Positions 43,003-52,851 are shown, counted from the stretch's first letter. The stretch is 64,000 bases of DNA from an uncultured Methylobacillus sp. (GCA_964407135.1 CAYOUI010000001.1:816-64815), one strand, 5' to 3'. Translations and numbers: made by a program. Notes: generated by a model not told the origin, from the sequence alone.

Positions 43003-43815
43003 TTATTTTTTTATATTTAGCACATCTAACATATCAAAAAGACCATTTGAATGATTTGTTAAAAATTTAACAGCTTTGATAGCCCCCACTGCAAAGTTTG
43101 ACCTACTTCCTGCTTTGTGAGTTAATTCAATTCGCTCACCTTCTCCTGCATATAAAACAGTATGGTCTCCAACAATATCTCCACCTCTTATTGCTGAAAA
43201 GCCAATATCAGATTTTTTTCTTTTTTTAGTTTCACCTTTTCTATCGAAAACACTGTTTTCTTTAAAATTCAAATTAGCAGCTTTAGCAACTGTCTCGCCC
43301 AACCTTAAAGCAGTTCCAGATGGAGCATCTACTTTTTCACTGTGATGTGATTCAATAATTTCAATGTCATAATCTTTGTGAAGAATTCTAGTAGCCTCTT
43401 CAACAAGAGAAAATAATAAATTAACGCCCACACTCATATTAGGTGCAAAGCATATTGGTATTTGTTCCGATGCTAATAAAATGTTCTTTTTTTCTTCTTC
43501 ATTAAAACCAGTTGTACCTAAAACATATTTAATATTATTTTTAATAGATAGCTCCAAGTAACTCATAGAGGCTTTGGGTCTAGTAAAATCTATTATAAAA
43601 TCTCCTTCTTTTATAATTGATTCCAAATCATCAGTAATATTAATATCTGTCTTGATACCAAATGATGTCCCAGCATCTAATCCTAAACTTGGGCAACTTG
43701 ATTGATCCACTGCTCCAATTAATTTTAAATTAGGATCATTTATAATTTGCTTAATTAGAGTCTGCCCCATTTTTCCAGAAGCACCTACAATAATAATTTT
43801 TAAAAGGTTTACCAT
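43003..43815 (-). CDS. dapB: 4-hydroxy-tetrahydrodipicolinate reductase
   Basis: Has an NAD(P) fold (IIVGASGKMGQ) and the E(S)HHxxKxDAPSGTA motif (ESHHSEKVDAPSGTA). Confidence 0.93.
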   Translation of the reverse strand: MVNLLKIIIVGASGKMGQTLIKQIINDPNLKLIGAVDQSSCPSLGLDAGTSFGIKTDINITDDLESIIKEGDFIIDFTRPKASMSYLELSIKNNIKYVLGTTGFNEEEKKNILLASEQIPICFAPNMSVGVNLLFSLVEEATRILHKDYDIEIIESHHSEKVDAPSGTALRLGETVAKAANLNFKENSVFDRKGETKKRKKSDIGFSAIRGGDIVGDHTVLYAGEGERIELTHKAGSRSNFAVGAIKAVKFLTNHSNGLFDMLDVLNIKK

Positions 43816-43817
43816 AT

Positions 43818-44492
43818 TTAAAATCCTATTTTTTCTAATAAAAGATCGAAGTAACCTGGATCATCTTTTTCTGGCAAAGAATCTATTATATCTTGTTTAA
43901 TTGCCTCGTTAATAGATTCAGAAGTATCTATAGATGTCGAAGATTCTTCTTTAGCTTCTATTTCTGAATTTTCAATTAATATAGGTAAATTTTCTTCCTC
44001 AGAAGATTTTGTTTCTTCCTCATTTACCTCAAGGTCATTATTACCTTTTTTTTCATCAAGCTGAAGATTTTTATTATTTTTAATTACTTTACTAGATTCA
44101 AGTACATCTGATTCCTCTTTTTTTGGAATAACTTCTCCAGTAATATTTTTTAATTTCTCATCTTCAAAATTTAAAACGACATGTCTTCGCTCAACTAAGA
44201 CATCATAAACTCTCATTACATATACATAATCCCATCTTTCTTGATGAAAGGTATCCTGAATTAATGGAGTGCCTAAAGCGAATCGAACTTGAGCTTTAGT
44301 CATGCCAGGTTTTAATTTCATTAACATTTCAGAGGTAATCTCATTTCCTTGCTGGATGTCTATCTTGTATACTTTAGGTAAAAACTCAGGAACCGAGTCT
44401 AATGACGAGCAAGATATTAAATTAAATAACAAGAAAATTAAAAAATATTCGTAAATATTTGTCTTTATTTTCATATAATCATAATATAACAT
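43818..44492 (-). CDS. bamE: Outer-membrane assembly lipoprotein BamE (SmpA/OmlA) with a long acidic C-terminal extension
   Basis: Lipobox LISC. The SmpA_OmlA core (YKIDIQQGNEIT...GMTKAQVRFALGTPL...) is colinear with E. coli BamE. Residues from about 115 to 224 are Glu/Ser/Lys-rich low complexity. An alternative start exists at M7 (44474). Confidence 0.72.
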   Translation of the reverse strand: MLYYDYMKIKTNIYEYFLIFLLFNLISCSSLDSVPEFLPKVYKIDIQQGNEITSEMLMKLKPGMTKAQVRFALGTPLIQDTFHQERWDYVYVMRVYDVLVERRHVVLNFEDEKLKNITGEVIPKKEESDVLESSKVIKNNKNLQLDEKKGNNDLEVNEEETKSSEEENLPILIENSEIEAKEESSTSIDTSESINEAIKQDIIDSLPEKDDPGYFDLLLEKIGF

Positions 44493-44531
44493 TATGAATA
44501 TTAAGTTAATTTATATTTGGAGTTAAAGCTT

Positions 44532-44957
44532 ATGTTACAACATGCTGATTTAAAAAAAACAGGTCTTAAAAATACTCTTCCAAGACTTAAAGTTTTAAAT
44601 ATTTTTGAAAATAATAAAGATAAGCATTTGTCAGCAGAAGATATATTTAAGATTATGCTCAAAACTGATGAAGGTATTGGTTTAGCAACTATATATAGAG
44701 TTTTAACTCAATTCGAACAATCTGGTATTTTACTTCGTCATCATTTTGAAAGTGATAAAGCAGTTTTTGAGCTTAATGAAAAAGATCATCATGATCATAT
44801 TGTTTGCTTGCAATGTGGTTATATAACTGAATTTGTTGACGATGAAATTGAAAAAAAACAGAAATTGATTGCTGAAAATAATGGATTTAATATTATTGAA
44901 CATGCTTTATATATTTATGCTGATTGCACAAAAAAACCCTGCCCTCGTAAAGAGTAA
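44532..44957 (+). CDS. fur: Ferric uptake regulator Fur
   Basis: LKKTGLKNTLPRLKVLNIF resembles the E. coli Fur N-terminus and the HHDHIVCLQCG metal site is present. I moved the start from the track's TTG 44517 to ATG 44532, which has a GGAG 9 nt upstream. Confidence 0.9.
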   Translation: MLQHADLKKTGLKNTLPRLKVLNIFENNKDKHLSAEDIFKIMLKTDEGIGLATIYRVLTQFEQSGILLRHHFESDKAVFELNEKDHHDHIVCLQCGYITEFVDDEIEKKQKLIAENNGFNIIEHALYIYADCTKKPCPRKE

Positions 44958-44974
44958 TAAAAAAATATCATGAA

Positions 44975-46630
44975 TTAGCTAAGTAGTTCTTTTGCATGCT
45001 CTAGAGTAGTTTCAGTTATTTCAACGCCACCCAACATTCTTGCTAGTTCTTTTACACGTCCATCCTTATCAAGTAAATTAATTTGACTCACAGTCTCACT
45101 ATTAATCTGATCTTTTGATACTTTAAAATGATTTAAAGATTGGGCTGCAACTTGAGGTAAATGAGTAATTGCAAAAATTTGGTGGCGAGAATCAACTGCT
45201 AAATCTTTGAGTAATTTTCCAACTACTTCAGCAACACCTCCGCCTATACCTACATCAACTTCATCAAAAATCATTACAGGTACATTTGCTTTTGTGATTG
45301 AAGCAACTCTTATAGCCAAACTAATTCTAGATAATTCTCCACCAGAAGCTACTTTTTGAATTGGTTTAGGTTCAGCATTAAGGTAAGTCGATATTAAAAA
45401 TTCAACTTGTTCATTTCCATTAATACTAGGTTTAATTGAATTTAAATTTACTTCGAATCTTCCATGAGTAAAAGATAAGTGCTTTAGTTTATCTGTAATT
45501 ATTTTATTTAGCTTCAATGCAAATTCTGAACGTTTTTTTGATAATTTTAAAGCAATATCATCATATTTTTTTCTTGCTTCGTTTAACGCTTCTGAGATAC
45601 CTTTTTCATCTAATAATTTAGTTAATAATTCATAACGAGATTGCCATTCATCACTTAAATTTTCTAAGTCTTCAGGCTTAACTCGATATTTTCTACAAAA
45701 ATTAAATGTAGCTTGAATCTTGAATTCTACGTCTTTTTTTAAATCTTCATTTATTTCTAAATTTTGTAAGTAATGATTTAATTCACGAACAAGTTCACTT
45801 GATTCAAGAGTAATAGTTTCTATAATTTTTAATTGATTACTTAGTCGATTATCTAGATTAGATAAATTAGACAATGATATTTGTAACTGATTAATTTGAT
45901 TTGATAGAGAAGCATCGCTTGAGTCCAAAATAGAAATACAATTTTGTATTCCATCAATGAGTTCTGAACTATTTGATAACATTTTATGATTGGCCTGTAT
46001 TTCTTGCCATCCAGATAAAGAAAATTCTAATTCTTTAAATTCCTTAATTTTCTCTTCTAAGTCCTTTATTTCTTCAGCATATGATTCTTTATTTTTCTCA
46101 AAATTCTCATTTTCTATAAATAATTTATTCCAATTTTCATACAATTTTCTTATCTCAACTACTTCCTGATCCAACTCTGCAAAATTATCTAAGATTTCTC
46201 GTTGTGTTGAATTTTTTAGTAATGAATGATGTGAATTTTGACTGTATATATCAATTAATAATTCACCTACTGATTTTAATTGATTTATAGTTACTGGTAT
46301 TCCATTTATAAATGCTTTTGATTTCCCGTCTTTATATATAACTCTTCTTAAAAAAAGATTTCCTTCATCATCTTCAAGTTCGTTTTCTTTTAACCATTGC
46401 TGAGCAGAAGCATTTTTTGAAATATTGAAAGTTGCAGAAATATCAGATTTATCTTTATTGTGTCTGACAACACCGCTATCTCCTCTTTGGCCAAGAGATA
46501 GTGAAAGAGCATCAATAAGAATTGATTTTCCTGCTCCAGTTTCGCCAGTTAATGCAGAAAAACCATTTTCAAAATTCAGTTCTAAGTGATCGACAATCAC
46601 AAAATTTTTAATTGAAAGATTTTCAAGCAT
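44975..46630 (-). CDS. recN: DNA repair protein RecN
   Basis: 551 aa SMC-like protein with Walker A GETGAGKS, a long coiled coil, and C-terminal SGGELSR and FDEVDVG motifs. Confidence 0.93.
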   Translation of the reverse strand: MLENLSIKNFVIVDHLELNFENGFSALTGETGAGKSILIDALSLSLGQRGDSGVVRHNKDKSDISATFNISKNASAQQWLKENELEDDEGNLFLRRVIYKDGKSKAFINGIPVTINQLKSVGELLIDIYSQNSHHSLLKNSTQREILDNFAELDQEVVEIRKLYENWNKLFIENENFEKNKESYAEEIKDLEEKIKEFKELEFSLSGWQEIQANHKMLSNSSELIDGIQNCISILDSSDASLSNQINQLQISLSNLSNLDNRLSNQLKIIETITLESSELVRELNHYLQNLEINEDLKKDVEFKIQATFNFCRKYRVKPEDLENLSDEWQSRYELLTKLLDEKGISEALNEARKKYDDIALKLSKKRSEFALKLNKIITDKLKHLSFTHGRFEVNLNSIKPSINGNEQVEFLISTYLNAEPKPIQKVASGGELSRISLAIRVASITKANVPVMIFDEVDVGIGGGVAEVVGKLLKDLAVDSRHQIFAITHLPQVAAQSLNHFKVSKDQINSETVSQINLLDKDGRVKELARMLGGVEITETTLEHAKELLS

Positions 46631-46639
46631 TTATAAATT

Positions 46640-47509
46640 TTATCCCCAATTTAATTTGTTTCTAAGCATTTCAAAATAACAATAATCTTTAGGATGAAGG
46701 ATTGAAATTGATTGCTTTGCTTTTTTAATTTTAATTTTATCTTTTTTATCTAAAGGGATTTGAATTTGGCCATCAATACTAGTGTAAGCTTCATCCATAT
46801 TTACAATTTTTACCAAAATCTCACTGTTTCCGCTAATAGCAATAGGTCTATTACTTAAAGTATGAGGGCTAATTGGTACAATGGTAATGGCATCTAAGCT
46901 TGGATGAATAATTGGTCCTCCTGAAGATAGAGCATAAGCTGTTGTTCCAGTTGGTGTACTTATAATTAATCCATCGGACCTTTGAGAATGAACAAATTTT
47001 CCCTCAATCATTACCTCTAACTCAATAAGTTTTAGACCACTCCTGATAACAACATCATTTAATGAAAATGACTCATGTATAATTTTTTCATTTCTTAATA
47101 TTTTAGTTTCAATCAACATTCTATCGTCTTGAATATAAGAACCATCTAAAATATTATCAATACTTGCAAACATGCTATCTATATTTAAATCAGCTAAAAA
47201 TCCAAAACGACCCTGATTTATTCCGATTAAAGGTATAGAAGAATCTACTAAAGTTCTTGCAACCCCAAGCATAGTTCCGTCTCCTCCAACAACTATAGCT
47301 AAATCAACTTTTTTACCAATATCTTCAAGGGATAAAGATTGAAATTTACTTAAATTAATTTGCTTTTGGGTTTTTTCTTCGATAATTAAATCAACATTTT
47401 TTTTAGTTAAATGATTTATTAACTGAATAAGCTGATTGTGGATATCCTTTGACTCATGAAGAGAAGGATATTTACCAATGATTGCGATTTTTTTAAATTT
47501 CATTACCAT
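46640..47509 (-). CDS. nadK: NAD kinase
   Basis: Has the GGDGTML and STPTGTTAYALSSGGP motifs. Confidence 0.9.
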   Translation of the reverse strand: MVMKFKKIAIIGKYPSLHESKDIHNQLIQLINHLTKKNVDLIIEEKTQKQINLSKFQSLSLEDIGKKVDLAIVVGGDGTMLGVARTLVDSSIPLIGINQGRFGFLADLNIDSMFASIDNILDGSYIQDDRMLIETKILRNEKIIHESFSLNDVVIRSGLKLIELEVMIEGKFVHSQRSDGLIISTPTGTTAYALSSGGPIIHPSLDAITIVPISPHTLSNRPIAISGNSEILVKIVNMDEAYTSIDGQIQIPLDKKDKIKIKKAKQSISILHPKDYCYFEMLRNKLNWG

Positions 47510-47560
47510 TCTTTTTTTTAAACTAGCTATGTTAACGTTGAAACAGTAAAATATATAATA

Positions 47561-47578
47561 AATACATTTTAATGTATT
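47561..47578. repeat. 18-bp palindrome in the nadK/hrcA divergent spacer (candidate operator)
   Basis: AATACATT-TT-AATGTATT has perfect 8-bp arms. It ends 32 nt before the hrcA ATG. Confidence 0.3.
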
Positions 47579-47610
47579 ACAAAATTAAATAACGAATTAA
47601 TTATAAATTC

Positions 47611-48621
47611 ATGGATTTAGACAAAAGAGCTCAAACTCTCTTAAAAACATTAATTAGTCATCATATTGGTGATGGGCAGCCTGTTGGGTCAAAAACATTG
47701 GCCACTACATCAAATTTGGATCTAAGTCCTGCATCAATAAGAAATATTATGAAAGATCTTGAAGATGCGGGCTTCATCATTAGTCCTCACACATCCTCAG
47801 GTCGTATCCCTACACAAAAAGGATATAGATTTTTTGTTGATAGTTTAGTAACTATGAAATCATTAAATAAATCTGAAATATCTGAACTCAAAGATCAATT
47901 AATAATGTCAGACAATAAACATTTAATAAATTCGGTTGCTGATACCCTATCTCATTTAACAAAATTTGCTGGGGTTGTATTAATTCCTCGAGCCAAAAAA
48001 GTTGCATTTAAACATATTGAATTTCTTGAATTATCAAAAAATAGAATTTTAGTAATTATTGTTACTGATGATGGAGGGGTTCAAAATAGGGTTCTATATA
48101 CAGAAAATAATTACAATAAACAAAACCTCTTAGAAGCTTCAAATTTTTTCAATCAACACTACGCAGGTTGTAATATCGAAGAAGTAAAAAATAAACTTGT
48201 TAATGAATTAAAAACAATGAAATCTGAAATGGTAACTCTGATGACTGCAGCAATTGAAACTTCAGACGATATTGATCAAAACGAGAATTTGGTAATGTCA
48301 GGACAAAGAAATTTATTAGAAACATCTGAATTATCACAAAATGTTTCTAGCGTAAGAAAAATCGTAGAGGTTTTTGAAAAAAAATCTGCATTACTGCAAT
48401 TATTAGAAAAAAGTAATCAAGCCAGTGGTATTCAAATTTTTATTGGTGAAGAATCTGGATATCAAGCATTAGATGAATGTAGTGTAATAACTGCTCCTTA
48501 TGAAACTGATGGTGAAATTCTTGGCATGCTGGGAGTTATAGGTCCAACAAGAATGGCATATGAAAGAGTTATTCCAATTGTAGATATCACTGCTAAACTA
48601 TTGGGCAATTCAATTAAATAA
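47611..48621 (+). CDS. hrcA: Heat-inducible transcription repressor HrcA
   Basis: 336 aa with a winged-helix N-terminus (PVGSKTL...SPASIRNIMKDLEDAGFI) and a C-terminal GVIGPTRM motif. Confidence 0.9.
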   Translation: MDLDKRAQTLLKTLISHHIGDGQPVGSKTLATTSNLDLSPASIRNIMKDLEDAGFIISPHTSSGRIPTQKGYRFFVDSLVTMKSLNKSEISELKDQLIMSDNKHLINSVADTLSHLTKFAGVVLIPRAKKVAFKHIEFLELSKNRILVIIVTDDGGVQNRVLYTENNYNKQNLLEASNFFNQHYAGCNIEEVKNKLVNELKTMKSEMVTLMTAAIETSDDIDQNENLVMSGQRNLLETSELSQNVSSVRKIVEVFEKKSALLQLLEKSNQASGIQIFIGEESGYQALDECSVITAPYETDGEILGMLGVIGPTRMAYERVIPIVDITAKLLGNSIK

Positions 48622-48627
48622 AATCTT

Positions 48628-49725
48628 ATGAATTACTATAATCAAGAACCTAATTATGAACATGGAGATCCGCAAAAAATTGGAGTTATCCTTGCAAATC
48701 TTGGTACGCCGGATAAACCAAATTCTATTGCATTAAGAAAGTATCTAAGTCAATTTCTCATAGATAGGAGAGTTATTGAGATTCCCAGATTTATTTGGTG
48801 TTGGATTCTATATCTTATCATTTTAGTTTTTAGGCCAGCTGCTTCAGCAAAAAAATATAAACAAATATGGACTTCAAAAGGCTCCCCTCTTTTAGTAAAC
48901 GCTCAAGCTCAATCTAAATTATTAAATCAATATTTAAGCAAAAAGATTAAACAACCTTTAGAGATCTCTTTAGCAATGAGCTATGGAAATCCTTCAATGA
49001 AGAAAGCTTTTAACGAGTTAAAGACTAAAAATTGTACTAAGATAATACTTTTTCCTCTATACCCTCAATATGCTGCTTCATCTTCTGCTTCAGCGATGGA
49101 TAGTTTATGGAGAATATTATTAAAAACAAGGAATGTCCCAGAGATTAGGACAATTCGTCATTATCATGACCATCCAGCTTATATTAATGCACTAAAGATA
49201 TCGGTTTTAAATTTTTGGAAAAAAAAAGGTAAGCCTTCAAAATTAATAATGAGTTTTCATGGCATACCAAAAAAATCCTTATATCAAGGCGACCCTTATC
49301 ATTGTGAATGCCACAAAACTGGGCGTTTATTAGCAGAAGCTTTAAATTTGAAGGAAAGCGAATATAAAATCTGCTTTCAGTCTCGATTTGGTAAAGCCGA
49401 ATGGCTAAAACCATATTTTTCAGAAATTATTACAGATTTGGGTAAACAAAAAATAAAAAATATACATGTAATATGTCCAGGATTTTCAAGCGATTGTCTT
49501 GAAACTTTAGAAGAAATAAATATTGAAGGAAAATCTATATTTCTTGATAATGGTGGTAAGAATTACAATTACATACCTGCCTTAAATACAAATCCTGATT
49601 GGATCAAAGCTATGGGAGAAATTTTAAATTCAAATCTTCAAGGATGGATTGATCAAGATTGGTCTTTAGTTAAACAACAAAAAAAATCAGCTTTAACAAA
49701 AAAACAAGCTGAAAAATTTAAATAA
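48628..49725 (+). CDS. hemH: Ferrochelatase
   Basis: Has the GVILANLGTP N-terminus, the LFPLYPQY motif and FSFHG-type (MSFHGIP) motifs. Confidence 0.9.
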   Translation: MNYYNQEPNYEHGDPQKIGVILANLGTPDKPNSIALRKYLSQFLIDRRVIEIPRFIWCWILYLIILVFRPAASAKKYKQIWTSKGSPLLVNAQAQSKLLNQYLSKKIKQPLEISLAMSYGNPSMKKAFNELKTKNCTKIILFPLYPQYAASSSASAMDSLWRILLKTRNVPEIRTIRHYHDHPAYINALKISVLNFWKKKGKPSKLIMSFHGIPKKSLYQGDPYHCECHKTGRLLAEALNLKESEYKICFQSRFGKAEWLKPYFSEIITDLGKQKIKNIHVICPGFSSDCLETLEEINIEGKSIFLDNGGKNYNYIPALNTNPDWIKAMGEILNSNLQGWIDQDWSLVKQQKKSALTKKQAEKFK

Positions 49726-49733
49726 AATAGCCT

Positions 49734-50717
49734 ATGATAATTCTTACTGGTGGTGCAGGAATGATTGGAAGCATGATTGCATGGCACCTAAATACAATTC
49801 TTAATGAAACCAAATTCGTAATTTTTGACGATTTCATTAATCAAGAACAAGAAAAAAATATTGGAAAAAGAAATTTTATTGATTTATTTAATAAAAATGA
49901 TCTCCCAAAATTTATTAAAAATAATAATAAAATTACCGCTGTGATTCATATGGGTGCTATCAGCTCAACTACTGAATCAAACTTTAACAAATTACTAATT
50001 TCAAATATCAGATATAGTCAAATGCTATGGAGTTGGTGCTCAGAAAATAAAGTACCCTTTATTTATGCAAGCTCGGCTGCAACATATGGTGGCGGGGAAA
50101 ACGGGTATGATGATAATGAAATATTATTATCAAAATTAACCCCTCTAAATGCTTACGGATATTCAAAACATTTTTTTGATCAGTGGGTAGTCTCACAAAT
50201 TAAATTAAATCAACCATCTCCCCCTCAATGGTGTGGATTAAAGTTTTTCAATGTTTATGGGCCAAATGAATACCATAAAGATAGAATGGCAAGTGTAGTT
50301 TTCCACGCTTTTGAGCAATTCGAAAAAGAAAAAGAAATTAAATTATTTAAGAGTGCTAACAAAAAATATGCGGATGGAATGCAATTAAGAGACTTTATTT
50401 ATGTTAAAGATGCAGTTGAATTTGTTATATTTTTCTTAAAAAATAATCATATATCAGGGTTGTTCAATTCTGGAACAGGACGTGCACAATCATTTAATGA
50501 TTTAGCAAATGCAGTTTTGATAAATACAAAAGGTGATAAATCAAATATTAAATATATTGATATGCCAGATGATTTAAAAGGTAAATATCAATACTATACT
50601 GAAGCCAATCTTGATAAAATATCAAATAAGGGCTTTAATTTAAAATTTAAAAATTTAGAAGAAGGTGTTAATGATTACATGCAGAATTACCTTCTTACTT
50701 CAGATAGGTATGCTTAA
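49734..50717 (+). CDS. hldD: ADP-L-glycero-D-manno-heptose 6-epimerase
   Basis: SDR fold with MIILTGGAGMIGS, similar to the E. coli HldD N-terminus, and a YxxxK (YGYSK) motif. Confidence 0.88.
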   Translation: MIILTGGAGMIGSMIAWHLNTILNETKFVIFDDFINQEQEKNIGKRNFIDLFNKNDLPKFIKNNNKITAVIHMGAISSTTESNFNKLLISNIRYSQMLWSWCSENKVPFIYASSAATYGGGENGYDDNEILLSKLTPLNAYGYSKHFFDQWVVSQIKLNQPSPPQWCGLKFFNVYGPNEYHKDRMASVVFHAFEQFEKEKEIKLFKSANKKYADGMQLRDFIYVKDAVEFVIFFLKNNHISGLFNSGTGRAQSFNDLANAVLINTKGDKSNIKYIDMPDDLKGKYQYYTEANLDKISNKGFNLKFKNLEEGVNDYMQNYLLTSDRYA

Positions 50718-50719
50718 TT

Positions 50720-52195
50720 TTGAAAAATAATATTCTTGATATTGTAAGCAATGCATTTAATGCAAAAAATAAATGGGGCTTAGTAATTGGTGACATCATG
50801 CTAGATACATATATTACTGGTGATGTTAAACGCTTATCACCTGAGGCACCTGTACCGATTGTGAATGTAAATGACTCCATTGATATAATTGGCGGAGCAG
50901 GAAATGTTGCACTTAATTTGAATGGCTTACAAATTAAAACAATCTTGGTAGGTGAGATAGGTGATGATGAATCTGGGGATATATTAAAAAATTTATTTAA
51001 AGAGAATAATATCTCCACTAAATATCTAGTTAAAAAGAAAGGTTTTACTACTACAAAAACAAGAATTATTAGTGGGCAACAACAAATGATTAGACTCGAT
51101 AATGATCAAATTTCAAACGGCCCAAATACCCTTGAATTGAAAAAAATTCTTAAGCTTATCTCAGGTGGTCCAAGTGCAATAATTATTTCAGATTATGAAA
51201 AAGGTTTTCTAACACCTGAATTACTAAAGAAAATTATTCATTTAGCCAACAAAAAAAGTATTCCTGTAATTATTGATCCTAAAGGGACAAATTTAGAAAA
51301 ATATCGAGGAGCAACAGCAATTACTCCTAATAGAAAAGAAGCTTTTTTATTGGCAAATCTTAATGATAAAGATGAACACTTGCTAGATGCCTCTTTAAAA
51401 AAGATAGTAAAAAAATATAATTTAAATTATATTGCAATGACTCAAGGTGAGTATGGAATAAAACATATAACAAGCAATAAAGCTGAAGAATATCCAACAA
51501 GAGTTACTGAAGAAGTTTTTGATGTTTCAGGTGCTGGTGATACGGTAATAGCTACATTAACGGCAAGCATCATAGCAAATTTACCAATTAAAGATAGTTT
51601 AGAACTGGCTAATTTAGCTGCAGGAATTGTTGTGAGACAACTCGGAACTATGCCAATTAGTTTAAATGAATTATTGATGAAGCTTCACTCATTAACAAGT
51701 ATCAATACTATTAACAAAGTTATTACTAAAGATGAATTACTAAATAGAATCAAAACTTTTAGAGATCATCATATTAATACCTGTGGTAAAAAACCAATTG
51801 TTGGATTTACTAATGGATGTTTTGATATTGTTCATGCTGGACATGTCACCTACCTTCAAGAAGCACATAAACAAGTAGATATTTTAATTGTTGCACTTAA
51901 TAGTGATAGTTCGGTTAGAAACATTAAAGGAACTAATAGGCCAATAATTGGTGAAGCAGATCGAGCTCTTGTTCTATGTTCTTTAGAATCAGTTGATGAA
52001 GTTATTTTATTCGATGAAGCCACTCCCTTAAGCTTAATTAAATCAATTAAACCAGACATATTATTTAAAGGTAATGATTACACAATAAAAAATGTAGTAG
52101 GTGCAAAAGAAATGAAGCAATGGGGTGGAAAAGTTGTCTTAGTACCAATTGTTAAGGGAAGAAGCACAAGTAAAATTATAAAAAAAATAAGTTAA
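50720..52195 (+). CDS. hldE: Bifunctional D-beta-D-heptose 7-phosphate kinase / heptose 1-phosphate adenylyltransferase
   Basis: 491 aa with an N-terminal PfkB-type kinase (DVSGAGDT) and a C-terminal cytidylyltransferase domain (GCFDIVHAGH). It uses a TTG start. Confidence 0.92.
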   Translation: MKNNILDIVSNAFNAKNKWGLVIGDIMLDTYITGDVKRLSPEAPVPIVNVNDSIDIIGGAGNVALNLNGLQIKTILVGEIGDDESGDILKNLFKENNISTKYLVKKKGFTTTKTRIISGQQQMIRLDNDQISNGPNTLELKKILKLISGGPSAIIISDYEKGFLTPELLKKIIHLANKKSIPVIIDPKGTNLEKYRGATAITPNRKEAFLLANLNDKDEHLLDASLKKIVKKYNLNYIAMTQGEYGIKHITSNKAEEYPTRVTEEVFDVSGAGDTVIATLTASIIANLPIKDSLELANLAAGIVVRQLGTMPISLNELLMKLHSLTSINTINKVITKDELLNRIKTFRDHHINTCGKKPIVGFTNGCFDIVHAGHVTYLQEAHKQVDILIVALNSDSSVRNIKGTNRPIIGEADRALVLCSLESVDEVILFDEATPLSLIKSIKPDILFKGNDYTIKNVVGAKEMKQWGGKVVLVPIVKGRSTSKIIKKIS

Positions 52196-52845
52196 ATTAA
52201 ATCGTGAATTTTTTCAATATAATTTAATTCATTTTCCTGACAGATTTTTTTCCATTCAGCAAAATCCGTCCATCCATAAATAAAAATAAAATCTAAATTA
52301 TATTTCTGCGCTGTTTGGATATCATACAAAGAATCACCAAGAAATAGAGCAGGTAAGAAAGTATTTTCTTTTAGTTTATTTTCTATAATTTCATGTTTTG
52401 AAGTTGGGCTTCCAAATATACCGCCCTGAAAATATGAATCAATATTTTTTTCTTTAAATAAAAATCTCAGTTCGTCTTGATCGCCTCCAGAAGCAACCAT
52501 CCATTTTGCTTTTAATGTTTTAGATTTTAATTCTTTTAATCCTGAGGCAATTTCACAATTATTTAAAAGTTTAATAACTTCTTCATTTAGAGTTTTAACT
52601 AATTTATTCATCGAAGCTTCTAGAATTTCCTCACTCATAATTTCTTTTAAAAAATATTTAAATTTTACGTACCGAGAAATCCCTGTAAGCTTAATATGGT
52701 GCTGAGCAAGCTGATCTGCTTGATTTTCACTAGCTCCATATCTTAAGGCTGTATTTCTATAAGCTTCTATTTTTTGAAAGTTTGAATTTAAAATAACTCC
52801 GTCGCAATCAAAAATAATTGTTTGATATTTATCCAAATCCATCAT
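52192..52845 (-). CDS. HAD-superfamily hydrolase (subfamily IA-like); substrate unknown
   Basis: HAD motif I is IIFDCDGV and motif IV is GDSLYD. It lies 6 nt downstream of eda, and its stop overlaps the hldE stop (shared TTAA). Confidence 0.7.
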   Translation of the reverse strand: MMDLDKYQTIIFDCDGVILNSNFQKIEAYRNTALRYGASENQADQLAQHHIKLTGISRYVKFKYFLKEIMSEEILEASMNKLVKTLNEEVIKLLNNCEIASGLKELKSKTLKAKWMVASGGDQDELRFLFKEKNIDSYFQGGIFGSPTSKHEIIENKLKENTFLPALFLGDSLYDIQTAQKYNLDFIFIYGWTDFAEWKKICQENELNYIEKIHDLI

Positions 52846-52851
52846 AGAGAA

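Noticed and set aside
44475-44502. Possible Fur box (ATAATCATAATATAACATTATGAATATT) in the bamE/fur divergent spacer
   Set aside because: The best alignment to GATAATGATAATCATTATC is only about 10 of 19 positions. ATAAT-type hexamers are expected by chance in DNA this AT-rich. This cannot be supported without a genome-wide motif model.
47529-47548. LexA/SOS-box half-site TACTGT (minus strand) upstream of nadK-recN
   Set aside because: The partner half reads TAACAT rather than ACAGTA, so CTGT-N8-ACAG is not satisfied. No SOS box lies directly before recN either.
47510-47610. CIRCE element (TTAGCACTC-N9-GAGTGCTAA) near hrcA, grpE or dnaK
   Set aside because: I found no match in any heat-shock spacer of the window. 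Those genes carry sigma-32-type promoters instead.
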